Positions 9,427 to 19,800 of a stretch of DNA of 59,033 bases are shown piece by piece. The translations under genes were made by a program, and so were the position numbers. The notes beneath the pieces are model-generated. The model had not been told where the DNA came from and did no database searches. It saw only the letters and a list, made by a program, of their open reading frames with translations. Positions within the stretch are counted from its first letter, which is position 1. Each line of letters starts with the position of its first letter. Source of the stretch: an uncultured Clostridium sp. (lineage in GTDB: Bacteria; Bacillota; Clostridia; TANB77; CAG-508). The stretch is taken from contig CANSOY010000003.1 of NCBI GenBank assembly GCA_947648765.1, positions 1 to 59,033 on the forward strand. The letters are read 5' to 3'.

Positions 9427-10425
9427 ATGAAACAAACAGAAAAAGCGTCAGTGCCGCTGAAAAAGATTTTATGTATTAGCGTAATCTTTTTCCTAATTTT
9501 AACAGGAATTGGAGCAGTAGCAGCAAACGCCGAACTAAACCAGGTAAAGATTATTCTAGCCAATGGCTATGAAATGAATGTACTTACCACAAAGACACAA
9601 GTAGGAGAAATCTTACAAGACAACCACATTATTCTATTACCAGAAGAAAAAGTTGTACCTCAAACAGAAGAAGAATTAGCTGACAACAACACAATCCGTA
9701 TTTTAGCCAAAGAAGAAGAACACGAAGAAGTTGCGGAAGAAAACCAAGAAGATATTAGTGTAGAACATCTATTAGAAAATTATTATGCTGAGATTACAGA
9801 AAAGATTGTAACTGAGCAAATTGAAATTCCATTTGAAACCGTAACAAAAGACGTTTCAGACAAGGAAGACGAAAAACAAGAAGAAGTCATCCAAGAAGGC
9901 GAAAACGGTATCAAGGAAATTACGTATAAAGCAAAATACCAAAATGAAGAAGAGATTGAAAGAGTTGAAATCTCGTCAGAAATCATCAAAGAACCAGTAG
10001 AAAAAATTGTAGAGGTACGAACCAAAACAGTTACATCAAGAGGTTCTGTTGACAGAACAAAAGCAACAACTAACCCGGCAAAAACAAGTGGTTCATCGAT
10101 TGCAGCATCTGTGCAAGGAATTGAACCAGTGAAGAAAACCTTAAACGCATCTGCGTATTCTGCACAAGAAAAAGGTGTAACCAATAAAACCGCATCTGGA
10201 GCAACTGCAAGAGAATGGTATACCGTAGCAGCAGGAAAAGGTTATGCCATGGGAACCGTTATCTATATCCCATACTTCAAAAATGCACCAAATGGTGGAT
10301 GGTTTGTTGTACAAGATAGAGGTGGCGCAATTTCCAATAGCAAAATTGATATTTATATGGCAACAAAATCCGAATGTAATCAATTCGGAAGAAGAAACCT
10401 AGAATGTTATATTTATGAGAAATAA
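9427..10425 (+). CDS. yabE: YabE-like cell-wall protein (DUF348-G5-3D domains)
   Basis: N-terminal TM helix, DUF348-like 'VKIILANGYEMNVLTTKTQVGEIL', G5-like 'IPFETV...ENGIKEITYKAKYQNEEE', C-terminal 3D domain 'FVVQDRGGAISNSKIDIYM'. The tatD-yabE order matches Bacillus. Confidence 0.8.
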   Translation: MKQTEKASVPLKKILCISVIFFLILTGIGAVAANAELNQVKIILANGYEMNVLTTKTQVGEILQDNHIILLPEEKVVPQTEEELADNNTIRILAKEEEHEEVAEENQEDISVEHLLENYYAEITEKIVTEQIEIPFETVTKDVSDKEDEKQEEVIQEGENGIKEITYKAKYQNEEEIERVEISSEIIKEPVEKIVEVRTKTVTSRGSVDRTKATTNPAKTSGSSIAASVQGIEPVKKTLNASAYSAQEKGVTNKTASGATAREWYTVAAGKGYAMGTVIYIPYFKNAPNGGWFVVQDRGGAISNSKIDIYMATKSECNQFGRRNLECYIYEK

Positions 10426-10475
10426 GAGAAAAAAGGAACTACAAAACGTAGTTTCTTTTTTATGCAAAAAAATGC

Positions 10476-10522
10476 TTGACAAAAATTAAAATCATAGTAT
10501 AATTGTATTAAGACAGTAATAC
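10476..10522 (+). promoter_or_regulatory. promoter plus GntR-type operator
   Basis: TTGACA (10476-10481), 16-nt spacer, TATAAT (10498-10503). Immediately followed by the inverted repeat GTATTA-N6-TAATAC (10505-10522). Confidence 0.6.
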
Positions 10523-10538
10523 ATTGAAAGGAGGAAAA

Positions 10539-10919
10539 ATGGAGTGGAAATTTGAAAATGACAGACCAATTTACCTACAACTAGTGGAACAACTGAAACT
10601 AGCAATCACCTCTGGCATTTATCCACCAGGCGAGCGATTGCCATCGGTTCGAGATTTAGCAGTAGAAATTAAAGCAAATCCGAATACGGTGCAACGAGCC
10701 TATAGCGAACTAGAAGAGTTAGGACTAATCTACACGCAAAGAACGAATGGCAAATTTGTAACCGAAAACCAAGAGCAATTACAACAAATGCGAGAGAAAA
10801 TAGCCAAAGAGGAATTTTTGCGATATATCGAAAATATGAAAAAACTAGGCTATACGGCAAGGGAAATCAAAGCATATATCCAAAAAAATGAGAAAGAAAT
10901 TGGAAAGGAGAATGGATAA
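10539..10919 (+). CDS. GntR-family (YtrA-subfamily) transcriptional regulator
   Basis: ATG at 10539 after AAGGAGG. wHTH motif 'LPSVRDLAVEIKANPNTVQRAYSELEELGLI'. Short C-terminal helix pair typical of YtrA. Confidence 0.85.
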   Translation: MEWKFENDRPIYLQLVEQLKLAITSGIYPPGERLPSVRDLAVEIKANPNTVQRAYSELEELGLIYTQRTNGKFVTENQEQLQQMREKIAKEEFLRYIENMKKLGYTAREIKAYIQKNEKEIGKENG

Positions 10920-11621
10920 ATGAATTTAATCACTTGTAAAAATCTTGGCAAATCTTACGGACAGAAGAAAGTGCTAGAAAATGTGAACCTTACCATTGAA
11001 AGTGGAAAAATCTATGGCTTACTTGGAACTAATGGAAGTGGAAAAACAACTTTGATAAAACTAATCAATGGACTATTAGTGCCAACCAAAGGAGAAATCC
11101 AAATTAAGGGAAAAAGACCAGGAATTGAAAGCAAAAAGGTAATTTCCTACTTGCCAGAAAGAACTTATCTACCAAATGAGAAAAAAGTAAAAGAAGTAAT
11201 TGCCTATTTCAAAGACTTTTATGCAGACTTTCAAGAAGAAAGAGCTCTTAGTCTATTACAACAATTAAAAATTGATACCAATAGCAAGCTTGCAGAATTA
11301 TCCAAAGGAACGAAAGAAAAGGTACAATTAGTACTTGTTATGAGCCGTGATGCGGATTTCTATCTATTAGACGAACCAATCGGCGGAGTAGATCCAGTAG
11401 CAAGGGATTTTATTTTAGATTTAATTCTAAAAAACTTCAAAGAAGGTGCTAGTATTTTAGTATCGACCCATTTAATCGCCGATGTAGAGCGTATTTTAGA
11501 CGAAGTTATTTTCCTTCAAGAAGGAAAAGTTATTTTAGCAGATAGTGCTGAAAAAGTAAGGGAGCAAAACGGTACATCGATTGAAGCAGTATTTAAGGAG
11601 GTGTTTCGCCATGTTTTGTAA
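10920..11621 (+). CDS. ABC transporter ATP-binding protein
   Basis: Walker A 'GTNGSGKTT', signature 'LSKGTKEKV', Walker B 'FYLLDEP'. Confidence 0.9.
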   Translation: MNLITCKNLGKSYGQKKVLENVNLTIESGKIYGLLGTNGSGKTTLIKLINGLLVPTKGEIQIKGKRPGIESKKVISYLPERTYLPNEKKVKEVIAYFKDFYADFQEERALSLLQQLKIDTNSKLAELSKGTKEKVQLVLVMSRDADFYLLDEPIGGVDPVARDFILDLILKNFKEGASILVSTHLIADVERILDEVIFLQEGKVILADSAEKVREQNGTSIEAVFKEVFRHVL

Positions 11622-12402
11622 ATTATTCAAATATGATATGAAAGAATTATGGAAAAAAGTATGGCTTATGTATTTTTTTCTTCTCATAACCGCTATGATT
11701 GCACGAGGAACCAATCTATTAGGAAAGCAAGTTTCCTTCTTCTCGTATATTAGCACAGGAGCAAGTATCCTTTTAATCATTGCTTCTATCGTGATTGCAA
11801 TCTGGGCATTTATCACAGGAATTCGCCATTTTTATCAAAAAATGCTAACCGATGAAGGATATCTTACGCATACACTACCAACTAGTCCTTCTACTATCCT
11901 AACTGCTAAAACTTTATCCATGATACTAATGATGGCAATAACCATTGTGGTAATTATCGCAAGTGTATTCATTACTTTTTATGAGAAAGAAGCATGGGAA
12001 GGAATGTGGAACATGGCAAATGCAGAATTTGCAGCAGAAGGACTTTACCTTCCATACTTCCTTACCTTTATTCTTAGCATTTGTGCTTTCAACTTAATTA
12101 CAACACAGCTGGTAATTCAATGTTCCCTAGCGATTGGACATAGTTTTAGCCAGAATAAAATGGGATGCTCGATTGGAATTGCATTTGGTTTTTATGCAGC
12201 TTATCAAATCTTAAATGTAATTGGATTAGGAGCCACTTTCCTTTTCAAACCAAACCTATTAGACATTATAAATGAAACTATTCCACCAAATGAAATTCTT
12301 GTACCAATCTTTGGTGTTGTTGCAACAACCTTATCTGTTCTAAGTTTGGTAAGCATTATTCTAACCCATCACTTTATGAACAACAAATTAAATTTAGAAT
12401 AA
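11611..12402 (+). CDS. ABC-2-type membrane permease-like protein
   Basis: ATG at 11611 after AAGGAGG, overlapping the ATPase stop. Six or so TM helices. Operon context with the YtrA regulator and ATPase. Confidence 0.6.
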   Translation: MFCKLFKYDMKELWKKVWLMYFFLLITAMIARGTNLLGKQVSFFSYISTGASILLIIASIVIAIWAFITGIRHFYQKMLTDEGYLTHTLPTSPSTILTAKTLSMILMMAITIVVIIASVFITFYEKEAWEGMWNMANAEFAAEGLYLPYFLTFILSICAFNLITTQLVIQCSLAIGHSFSQNKMGCSIGIAFGFYAAYQILNVIGLGATFLFKPNLLDIINETIPPNEILVPIFGVVATTLSVLSLVSIILTHHFMNNKLNLE

Positions 12403-12444
12403 AAATAAATTGACAGTTATCTTTTGATAGAGTAAGATAGATAT

Positions 12445-12542
12445 AACAAAGATGTTCTCGCTTTATGGTGGCGCGAGTAATAAGTTATCCATTTCGATAA
12501 ATGTTTAGCCTTCTATACTAAGTTGTAGAAGGCTTTAATTTT
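12445..12542 (+). ncRNA. candidate small RNA (promoter-to-terminator unit, ~100 nt)
   Basis: TTGACA (12410-12415), 17-nt spacer, TAAGAT (12433-12438). Terminator AGCCTTCTA-N10-TAGAAGGCT (12507-12534) plus a T-rich tail. The only ORF is 18 codons with no RBS. Confidence 0.3.
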
Positions 12543-12678
12543 ATTCCATTATATCTTTTTATTACCAAACCAAGATAACAGTGAAATGCAAACAAATGCT
12601 ATCTGACCTAGGTCTTGGATGGAATTCAATAAAAAATACAGACTAGTATTTCTTTCAAAATCTAGCCTATATCTTTTC

Positions 12679-13947
12679 TTAAATATATTCAATTGGAATC
12701 ATATAGTCTTTATCACTAAGAGCATGAATATCCTTACATAAGCAAAGGACAATACCATTTGGAGACTTCATTTCGAATTTGCTTACAACGGAAAAGTTTT
12801 TTATCGCATCTTTTCCAGGATTTGCTCCCTTTTTTATTTCGACTGGATAAATAGAGTCTTCATGAAGCACAAGCAAATCAATTTCTCTTCCGTTATTATC
12901 TCGGTAATAATATAGATGCTTTCTAGGATCTCTTTGGTGGTTCGTATAACTCTTTACAATTTCGGAGATTAGATAGGTTTCAAAGATTTGACCGCTATAT
13001 GCGCTTTTTTCTAAAGTCTGACTACTTACATACCCTGTTAGATAACAAGCAAGACCTGTATCCATAAAGTAAATTTTAGGTCTTTTGATAATACGGTTAA
13101 TATTATTATTGCTATGTGGTTGTAATAGAAAAATGAGGTAGGTATTGCTTAAAATTCCAGTCCATTTAAGAACTGTTTCAGAGTCAATACCAACATCTTT
13201 AGCAATATCCGAAGCATTGAATTCTTGTCCTGTCCTAGCAGCAAGACTCGAGATAAATTTCATAAACTTAGGCTCATCTTGAATAGCAATAATCTTACGG
13301 AGGTCACGTTCAACATAAGTACGAAGATATGAGGAGAAAAAAGCCTCTAAACTAACATTTGTATTTTTATAGAGCTCTGGATAACTACCACGGAAGATTC
13401 GGTCAAAAACTTTGTCTAAATATTCATATTTCAAAGGTTCTTTTTGTTTTAGAATTTCAATATCTGGAATAAAAATATCTTCTTTTTTTTGTTGAATTTC
13501 TCGTGTCGTTAGTGGATATAAATCAATAATACCAACTCTGCCAGCTAGAGACTCCGTAATGTTTTCCATTGTTTCGAAAACTTGCGAACCAGTTAAATAG
13601 TATAAAGTTCCGACTTTTGTTCCATCTCCAAACATCTCATTTTTTCGTGCCTCATCAATCGCAATCTTAATATAAGAAAGTAAATTTGGAGCATATTGAA
13701 ATTCGTCAATAATCAAAGGGACGCCGTGTGTGCGTAAGAAACTTTCAGGGTCTTCCAATGCATGAGTTCGTTCTGTTAAATCATCTAAACTAACTTCATG
13801 TAAGACTTGTTTTTTCTTTGTCGCTAAATATTGAAGGACTGTGCTTTTGCCAGACTGTCTAGAGCCAGTAACTAAGATGGAAGGAAAGTTACCATCCATT
13901 TCTTCCAACTTTTTTTCGATTGTTCGGTGAATATATTGTGTTTCCAA
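12679..13947 (-). CDS. AAA-family ATPase with C-terminal DUF4143-like domain (paralogue of 3678-4958)
   Basis: Walker A 'GSRQSGKST', 'IIDEFQY', and a C-terminal 'EIDLL...YPVEIK' restriction-endonuclease-like fold motif. Confidence 0.75.
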   Translation of the reverse strand: METQYIHRTIEKKLEEMDGNFPSILVTGSRQSGKSTVLQYLATKKKQVLHEVSLDDLTERTHALEDPESFLRTHGVPLIIDEFQYAPNLLSYIKIAIDEARKNEMFGDGTKVGTLYYLTGSQVFETMENITESLAGRVGIIDLYPLTTREIQQKKEDIFIPDIEILKQKEPLKYEYLDKVFDRIFRGSYPELYKNTNVSLEAFFSSYLRTYVERDLRKIIAIQDEPKFMKFISSLAARTGQEFNASDIAKDVGIDSETVLKWTGILSNTYLIFLLQPHSNNNINRIIKRPKIYFMDTGLACYLTGYVSSQTLEKSAYSGQIFETYLISEIVKSYTNHQRDPRKHLYYYRDNNGREIDLLVLHEDSIYPVEIKKGANPGKDAIKNFSVVSKFEMKSPNGIVLCLCKDIHALSDKDYMIPIEYI

Positions 13948-13967
13948 AAAATCGCCTCATTTCTTTT

Positions 13968-14006
13968 TTTATACAAATTCCGACTTGCTATCGGAATTTG
14001 TATAAA
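13968..14006. promoter_or_regulatory. 16-bp-arm perfect palindrome at the 5' end of the DUF4143 ATPase transcript
   Basis: TTTATACAAATTCCGA-CTTGCTA-TCGGAATTTGTATAAA. It lies just downstream of a minus-strand TTGCGT-17-TATAAT promoter. No T-run on either side, so it is not a terminator. Confidence 0.5.
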
Positions 14007-14104
14007 TTATACTATAAAAAAGAAAAAAACGCAAGAGGAGATTTTGCGGAAACCTTGAAAAAAGCGTGAAAATATAATATAATGCAAACCTAAGGAGGAT
14101 GCCA

Positions 14105-14860
14105 ATGAAATTTGTATCTTGGAATGTAAACGGACTAAGAGCAGTTATGGGAAAAGGCTTTTTGGATTTCTTTGAAAAAACAAACGCAGATTTTTTCTGT
14201 ATCCAAGAAACCAAAATGCAACCAGAACAACTAGAACTCGAACTAAAAGGATATGAGCAATACTGGAATAGTGCAGAAAAGAAAGGCTATTCGGGAACAG
14301 CTATATTCACCAAACATAAGCCAATCAGTGTAACTTATGGAATTGGCAAAGAAGAACACGACAAAGAAGGTAGAGTAATTACCTTAGAATATGAAAAATT
14401 TTATTTAGTCAACAGTTATACCCCAAATTCGAAACGAGAACTAGAAAGACTAGACTACCGTATGATATGGGAAGATGAAATCCGAGACTATTTAAGCAAA
14501 CTGGACCAAACCAAACCAGTCATCTATTGTGGGGACTTGAATGTAGCCCATCAAGAAATTGATCTAAAAAATCCAAAAACCAATACACACAGTGCAGGAT
14601 TTACGCAAGAAGAACGAGAAAAAATGACACAACTATTAGGGACAGGATTTATCGATACTTTCCGCTATTTCTATCCAGACCAAGAAAACGCATATACGTG
14701 GTGGTCCTATATGTTCCATGCACGTGAAAAAAATGTGGGTTGGAGAATTGACTATTTTATTACCTCGGAACGACTAAAAAAGAACTTGAAAGATAGCAAA
14801 ATCTATGCAGACATCTATGGAAGCGACCATTGTCCAATCGAGATTGAAGTAGAATTTTAA
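14105..14860 (+). CDS. xth: exodeoxyribonuclease III
   Basis: 'MKFVSWNVNGLRA', 'FCIQETK', 'CGDLNVAH', 'GSDHCPI' motifs. Confidence 0.93.
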   Translation: MKFVSWNVNGLRAVMGKGFLDFFEKTNADFFCIQETKMQPEQLELELKGYEQYWNSAEKKGYSGTAIFTKHKPISVTYGIGKEEHDKEGRVITLEYEKFYLVNSYTPNSKRELERLDYRMIWEDEIRDYLSKLDQTKPVIYCGDLNVAHQEIDLKNPKTNTHSAGFTQEEREKMTQLLGTGFIDTFRYFYPDQENAYTWWSYMFHAREKNVGWRIDYFITSERLKKNLKDSKIYADIYGSDHCPIEIEVEF

Positions 14861-14869
14861 GGAGGAACC

Positions 14870-16003
14870 ATGAAAGATAAAAAAGAAAAATGGCTAAAAT
14901 ATTTTAGCCTAGGAGTAGCCTTGATTTTTGTATATCAAATATGCAATAACCTAGAAGGCGTAATGGAATGGTTAAAAGGATTTACAGTTGTATTAGCACC
15001 ATTTCTATGGGGGATTTTAATCGCCTATCTATTCTATATCCCATGCCGAGGATTAGAGAAAAAATTGAAAAAAACCAAAAAGAATGGACTACTTAACCGA
15101 AAAGCAAGAGGAATTAGTGTACTAGCAGTGTATTTAATCGCCTTGTTAATCTTAATTTTGGTATTTCAATATATTATCCCAATTCTAGCACAAAGCATTG
15201 GCGACTTAATTAACAACTTCCAATCCTATTACACAGCAAGTATTGAAAAACTAGACCAAAAAGAGCCAGACGAATTTTTAAGCAATCCAATTGTACAAGA
15301 AGTAATAAAACGACTCAAAGAAGTAGACTGGAGCCAATTTACGACTTTTGAAAATATTGTGATTTATGCTAAAGGTGCAGTCAATGCAGTAACCGGTATC
15401 TTTTCTTCCTTTGTAGCAATCATTGTATCCGTGTATATTTTGCTTGGAAGAGGAGAAATTGTTGCCTATTTATGCCGACTTGGAAAATCTATTTTCAAAC
15501 CAAAAACATATAACCTGCTATATAGTTATTTTGAAAAAGGAAATGAAATCTTTTTCAAATATGTAGGAAGCCAATTTTTAGATGCAATTTTAGTGGGATC
15601 CATTGCCTCCGTAGCATTATCCATTTTAGGTGTAAAATATGCAGTGCTACTTGGCGTTATGATTGGTCTATCCAATATGATACCATACATAGGAGCTATT
15701 GTAGGAATTGGAATTGCGGCGATTATTACACTAATTACAGGAGGACTAGGGCAAGCGATTGCTATGCTTGTTACCATTATCATTTTGCAACAACTTGACG
15801 CTAATATTATCAATCCAAAGATTGTTGGAGATTCTCTAAAAATTAGTCCATTACTTGTCATCTTTGCTGTAACAGTCATTGGAGCATACTTTGGTATTAT
15901 TGGAATGTTCTTATCTGTTCCAATTATAGCACTTGCAAAACTAATGTTAGAACACTTTATGGCAGCAAGAGCAGAGCAAAAACAAGAAAAAATAGAAGAA
16001 TAA
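14870..16003 (+). CDS. AI-2E family transporter (PerM/YtvI-like)
   Basis: 377 aa, about 8 TM helices, conserved 'IPYIGAIVG' and 'INPKIVGDSL' segments. Confidence 0.85.
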   Translation: MKDKKEKWLKYFSLGVALIFVYQICNNLEGVMEWLKGFTVVLAPFLWGILIAYLFYIPCRGLEKKLKKTKKNGLLNRKARGISVLAVYLIALLILILVFQYIIPILAQSIGDLINNFQSYYTASIEKLDQKEPDEFLSNPIVQEVIKRLKEVDWSQFTTFENIVIYAKGAVNAVTGIFSSFVAIIVSVYILLGRGEIVAYLCRLGKSIFKPKTYNLLYSYFEKGNEIFFKYVGSQFLDAILVGSIASVALSILGVKYAVLLGVMIGLSNMIPYIGAIVGIGIAAIITLITGGLGQAIAMLVTIIILQQLDANIINPKIVGDSLKISPLLVIFAVTVIGAYFGIIGMFLSVPIIALAKLMLEHFMAARAEQKQEKIEE

Positions 16004-16191
16004 AATATATTCCAATAATTGTAATTTTATTTGACAAAGCAAAAGAAATATGACAAGATAAAAACAGAAAAAGGGTTGAACATCGCTAATATTCAAACCA
16101 TAATAATGAGAAAGTATGTGTAGCTGTGAATACACATACTTTTTTTATGAAAAAAATAGAGCAGGCTGTGACCTACTCTACCGATTATGTA

Positions 16192-16323
16192 TTAGTCTTG
16201 GGATTGTTTTTGCTTTTCAACTTGTTGACTTTGTTGTAATTGCTGAAGTCGAAGCATAAAGTTTTCCTCTTTTTCTGCAATAAGCCTGTCAACTAAGTTC
16301 GGTATAATATCACTGGTGGTCAA
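16192..16323 (-). CDS. small hypothetical protein, 43 aa, Gln-rich C-terminus
   Basis: TTG start 7 nt after GGAAAGGAGGG. Own TTGTAA-17-TATCAT promoter. Sequence 'MTTSDIIPNLVDRLIAEKEENFMLRLQQLQQSQQVEKQKQSQD'. Below the ORF-track size cut-off. Confidence 0.35.
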   Translation of the reverse strand: MTTSDIIPNLVDRLIAEKEENFMLRLQQLQQSQQVEKQKQSQD

Positions 16324-16516
16324 AGCAAACCCTCCTTTCCGCCCTTTTGAAAGGACTAGCCTTTGACGCGTCAGGATAGTATCTATGATACAATATCTAC
16401 CAATATTTTACAATTACTATTTTCGTATCTCAAAAAGTTCTTAAAAAGAAAGAAGAACCTTGTCGAAAGTGCCAAGAAAAATGTTTCCAAAAACTGATTT
16501 TTTCTTGCAAAAATCA

Positions 16517-16546
16517 TTGACAAGCCAGTGTATAATGATATATAAT
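16517..16546 (+). promoter_or_regulatory. sigma-A-type promoter upstream of rpoB
   Basis: TTGACA (16517-16522), 18-nt spacer, TATAAT (16541-16546). Confidence 0.55.
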
Positions 16547-16656
16547 AATTAAGCATATTTTAGAAAAAAGAGATAACTTAACTACAAAGTCAATGAAAAG
16601 GACGGTAAATGTGGTTAAAAAACGCGTGATGAAAAATAAATTAAATCAAAGAACAA

Positions 16657-16708
16657 AAGCAAAAAAGTAGTTGGTAAAAAAGAGAAGTTTACCAACCTGC
16701 TTTTTTGT
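16657..16708 (+). terminator. intrinsic terminator/attenuator inside the rpoB leader
   Basis: Stem GCAAAAAAGTAGTTGGTAAA / TTTACCAACCTGCTTTTTTG. Core stem GTTGGTAAA/TTTACCAAC, then CTGCTTTTTT, about 175 nt before the rpoB start. Confidence 0.6.
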
Positions 16709-16881
16709 TGCTATTTTGTGTTCATTATGTAAATGATAAAGAAGAGGAATTGGTTCTTAATCTTCTTACGGAAATTCGGTTTCAAAGCAGAAAAATCGAA
16801 ATTTTTGTAACAAGATAGGAAAAACAAGAAGGACTTCTTTACATCCATATAGATCTTTTTTCTGCTTAAATTTTTATAGGG

Positions 16882-19800
16882 GTGATTGATTTGTTAAAAG
16901 ACGTCAAATACGAGAAATGTACTCGTAAAACTTTTGCAAAAATTGGTGATTCAATCGAAATGCCAAATCTAATCAAAGTACAGAAGGACTCTTATGATTG
17001 GTTTGTAGAAGAAGGGCTTGGAGAAGTATTAAAAGATATTTCCCCAATCATAGACTATTCTGGAAATTTAGTTCTTGAATTTATCGACTACTACATGGAA
17101 GAAAAAACAAAGTACACACAAGAAGAAGCCAAAGAAAGAGATGCAACATACTCCACAAGACTTCATGTGAAAGTACGCTTAATTAACCGTGAAACAGGGG
17201 AAATTAAGGAGCAAGAAATCTACTTGGGTGACTTCCCGCTTATGACCGAAAGTGGAACTTTCATTATCAATGGAGCAGAAAGAGTTGTTGTCAGCCAATT
17301 AGTACGTTCACCAGGATGCTACTATGCTTCTGACTATGACAAAACCGGAAAGAAAATCTATACCTCAACCGTAATGCCAATTCGTGGAGCATGGATTGAG
17401 TACGAAACCGATGCCAATGATGTATTTTATGCACGTGTTGACCGTACCAGAAAAATTCCAGTAACGACATTACTTCGTGCTATTGGAATTACGACGGATG
17501 AGCAAATGATGGAACTATTTGGAGAAGAAGCCAAACTAACCGCAACCATTCAAAAAGATCCAATCAAAACACAAGATGATGCTTTAATTGAAATCTATAA
17601 AAAATTAAGACCAGGAGAACTCCCAACCGTAGATGCTGCTAAAAATTTATTTGACGGTTTATTCTTCGATGAAAGAAGATATGATCTAGCAAAAGTTGGT
17701 CGTTACAAATTTAACCAAAAGCTAAGCCTTGCCACACGTATCACAGGCTGTATTTCCTATGCGGATATTATACATCCAGAAACAGGCGAAATTTTGGTAG
17801 AAAAAGGAGCTGTTATTTCTGAAGAAGTAGCAGAAGAAATCCAAAACACAGGAATTAACATTGTCGATGTAGAAATCGCAGAAAAACCAGTTCGTGTGAT
17901 TGGAAACGGAACGGTAAACATCTATAAATTCCTAGCAGATGTAGACCTAAAAGACTTACATATTAAAGAATACGTAAATTATGAAGTATTAAAATCCATT
18001 ATTGATACCACGGATAAAAAAGACTTAAAGAAAGTATTAAAAGAAAGAGTACAAGATCTAGTACCAAAGCACATTACTACCGAAGATATGATTGCATCGA
18101 TCAGTTATGTGTTCAACCTAGACCATGGACTTGGCAATATTGACGATATTGACCACTTAGGAAACAGACGTATCCGTTGTGTTGGTGAATTATTACAAAA
18201 CCAATTCCGTATTGGTTTAACCAGACTTGAAAGAGTAGTACGTGAGAGAATGACCATTCAAGACTTAGACATTGTAACACCACAAACGCTTATCAATACG
18301 AAACCAATTACATCAGCAATCCGTGAATTCTTTGGAAGTTCCCAACTTTCTCAATTCATGGACCAAACGAACCCGTTATCTGAATTAACGCATAAAAGAA
18401 GAATATCTGCTTTAGGACCAGGAGGATTATCTCGTGAAAGAGCTGGTTTCGAAGTTCGAGATATCCACTATACCCACTATGGTAGACTATGCCCAGTTGA
18501 GTCCCCAGAAGGACCAAACATTGGACTTATCTCTGCACTATCTTCTTTTGCAACCATTAACGAATATGGATTTATTGAAACACCATACCGCAAAGTAGAT
18601 AAAGAAACAGGCAAAGTAACCGATATTATTGAATATATGCCAGCAGACTTAGAAGATAAATACATCATTGCCCAAGCATCTGAACCATTAGACAAAGATG
18701 GGAAATTTGTTAACCATAGAATTAAAGTAAGACATAAAGAGGAAATCACGGAAGTAGACCGTGAACAAGTAGACTATGTAGATGTATCGCCAAAACAACT
18801 TGTATCCGTTGCAGCAGCTATGATACCTTTCCTAGAGCACGATGACGTAAAACGTTCTTTAATGGGATCCAACATGCAACGTCAAGCTGTACCACTTCTA
18901 ATTCCAGAATCTCCACTTGTTGGAACAGGAATTGAATACCGTGCAGCTAAGGACTCCGGCATTACCATTACTGCTAACAATGAAGGTGTGGTAGAAAAAG
19001 TAGCCGCAGACGAAGTTCGTGTACGTAACAAAAAAGGAGAAGTAGATGTTTACCACCTAAGAAAATTCAAAAGAACCAATGGTGGAACTTGTATCAATCA
19101 AAGACCAGTTGTATTAGAAGGCGAAAAAATAAAAGTAGGGGACATCATTGCAGATGGACCATCTACCAAAAATGGAGAAATGGCACTTGGACGCAACGTA
19201 CTTGTAGCCTATACCACTTGGGAGGGATACAATTACGAGGATGCTGTTTTAATCAGTGAGAGACTTGTCAAAGAAGATGTCTATACCTCCATCCATATCG
19301 AAGAATATGACTGTGAATGTAGAGATACCAAACTTGGACCAGAAGAAATCACAAGAGACATCCCAAATGTTGGTGATGACGGATTAAAAGACCTAGACGA
19401 AAACGGTATTGTCCGCATTGGTGCAGAAGTACGCCCAGGCGATATCTTAGTTGGAAAAGTAACTCCAAAAGGAGAAACCGAACTAACGGCAGAGGAAAGA
19501 TTACTTCGTGCCATCTTTGGAGAAAAAGCAAGAGAAGTAAGAGATACCTCTCTTCGTGTACCACATGGAGAAGCGGGAACGATTGTAGATGTTAAAATCT
19601 TTACCAGAGACAATTCAGACGAATTAGGACCTGGTGTGAACCAAATTATCCGTTGCTATATTGCAACCAAGAGAAAAATTTCAGTTGGAGATAAAATGTC
19701 TGGTAGACATGGTAACAAAGGTGTTATCTCTCGAATTCTACCAGAAGAAGATATGCCATTTATGCCAGATGGAACTCCAGTGGATATTGTATTAAACCCA

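Noticed and set aside
8787-9563. 258-aa minus-strand ORF
   Set aside because: It is antisense to the tatD lysine-rich tail and the yabE promoter. Its F/V/S-rich low-complexity sequence is the mirror of the AAA/AAG-rich sense strand, and it has no RBS.
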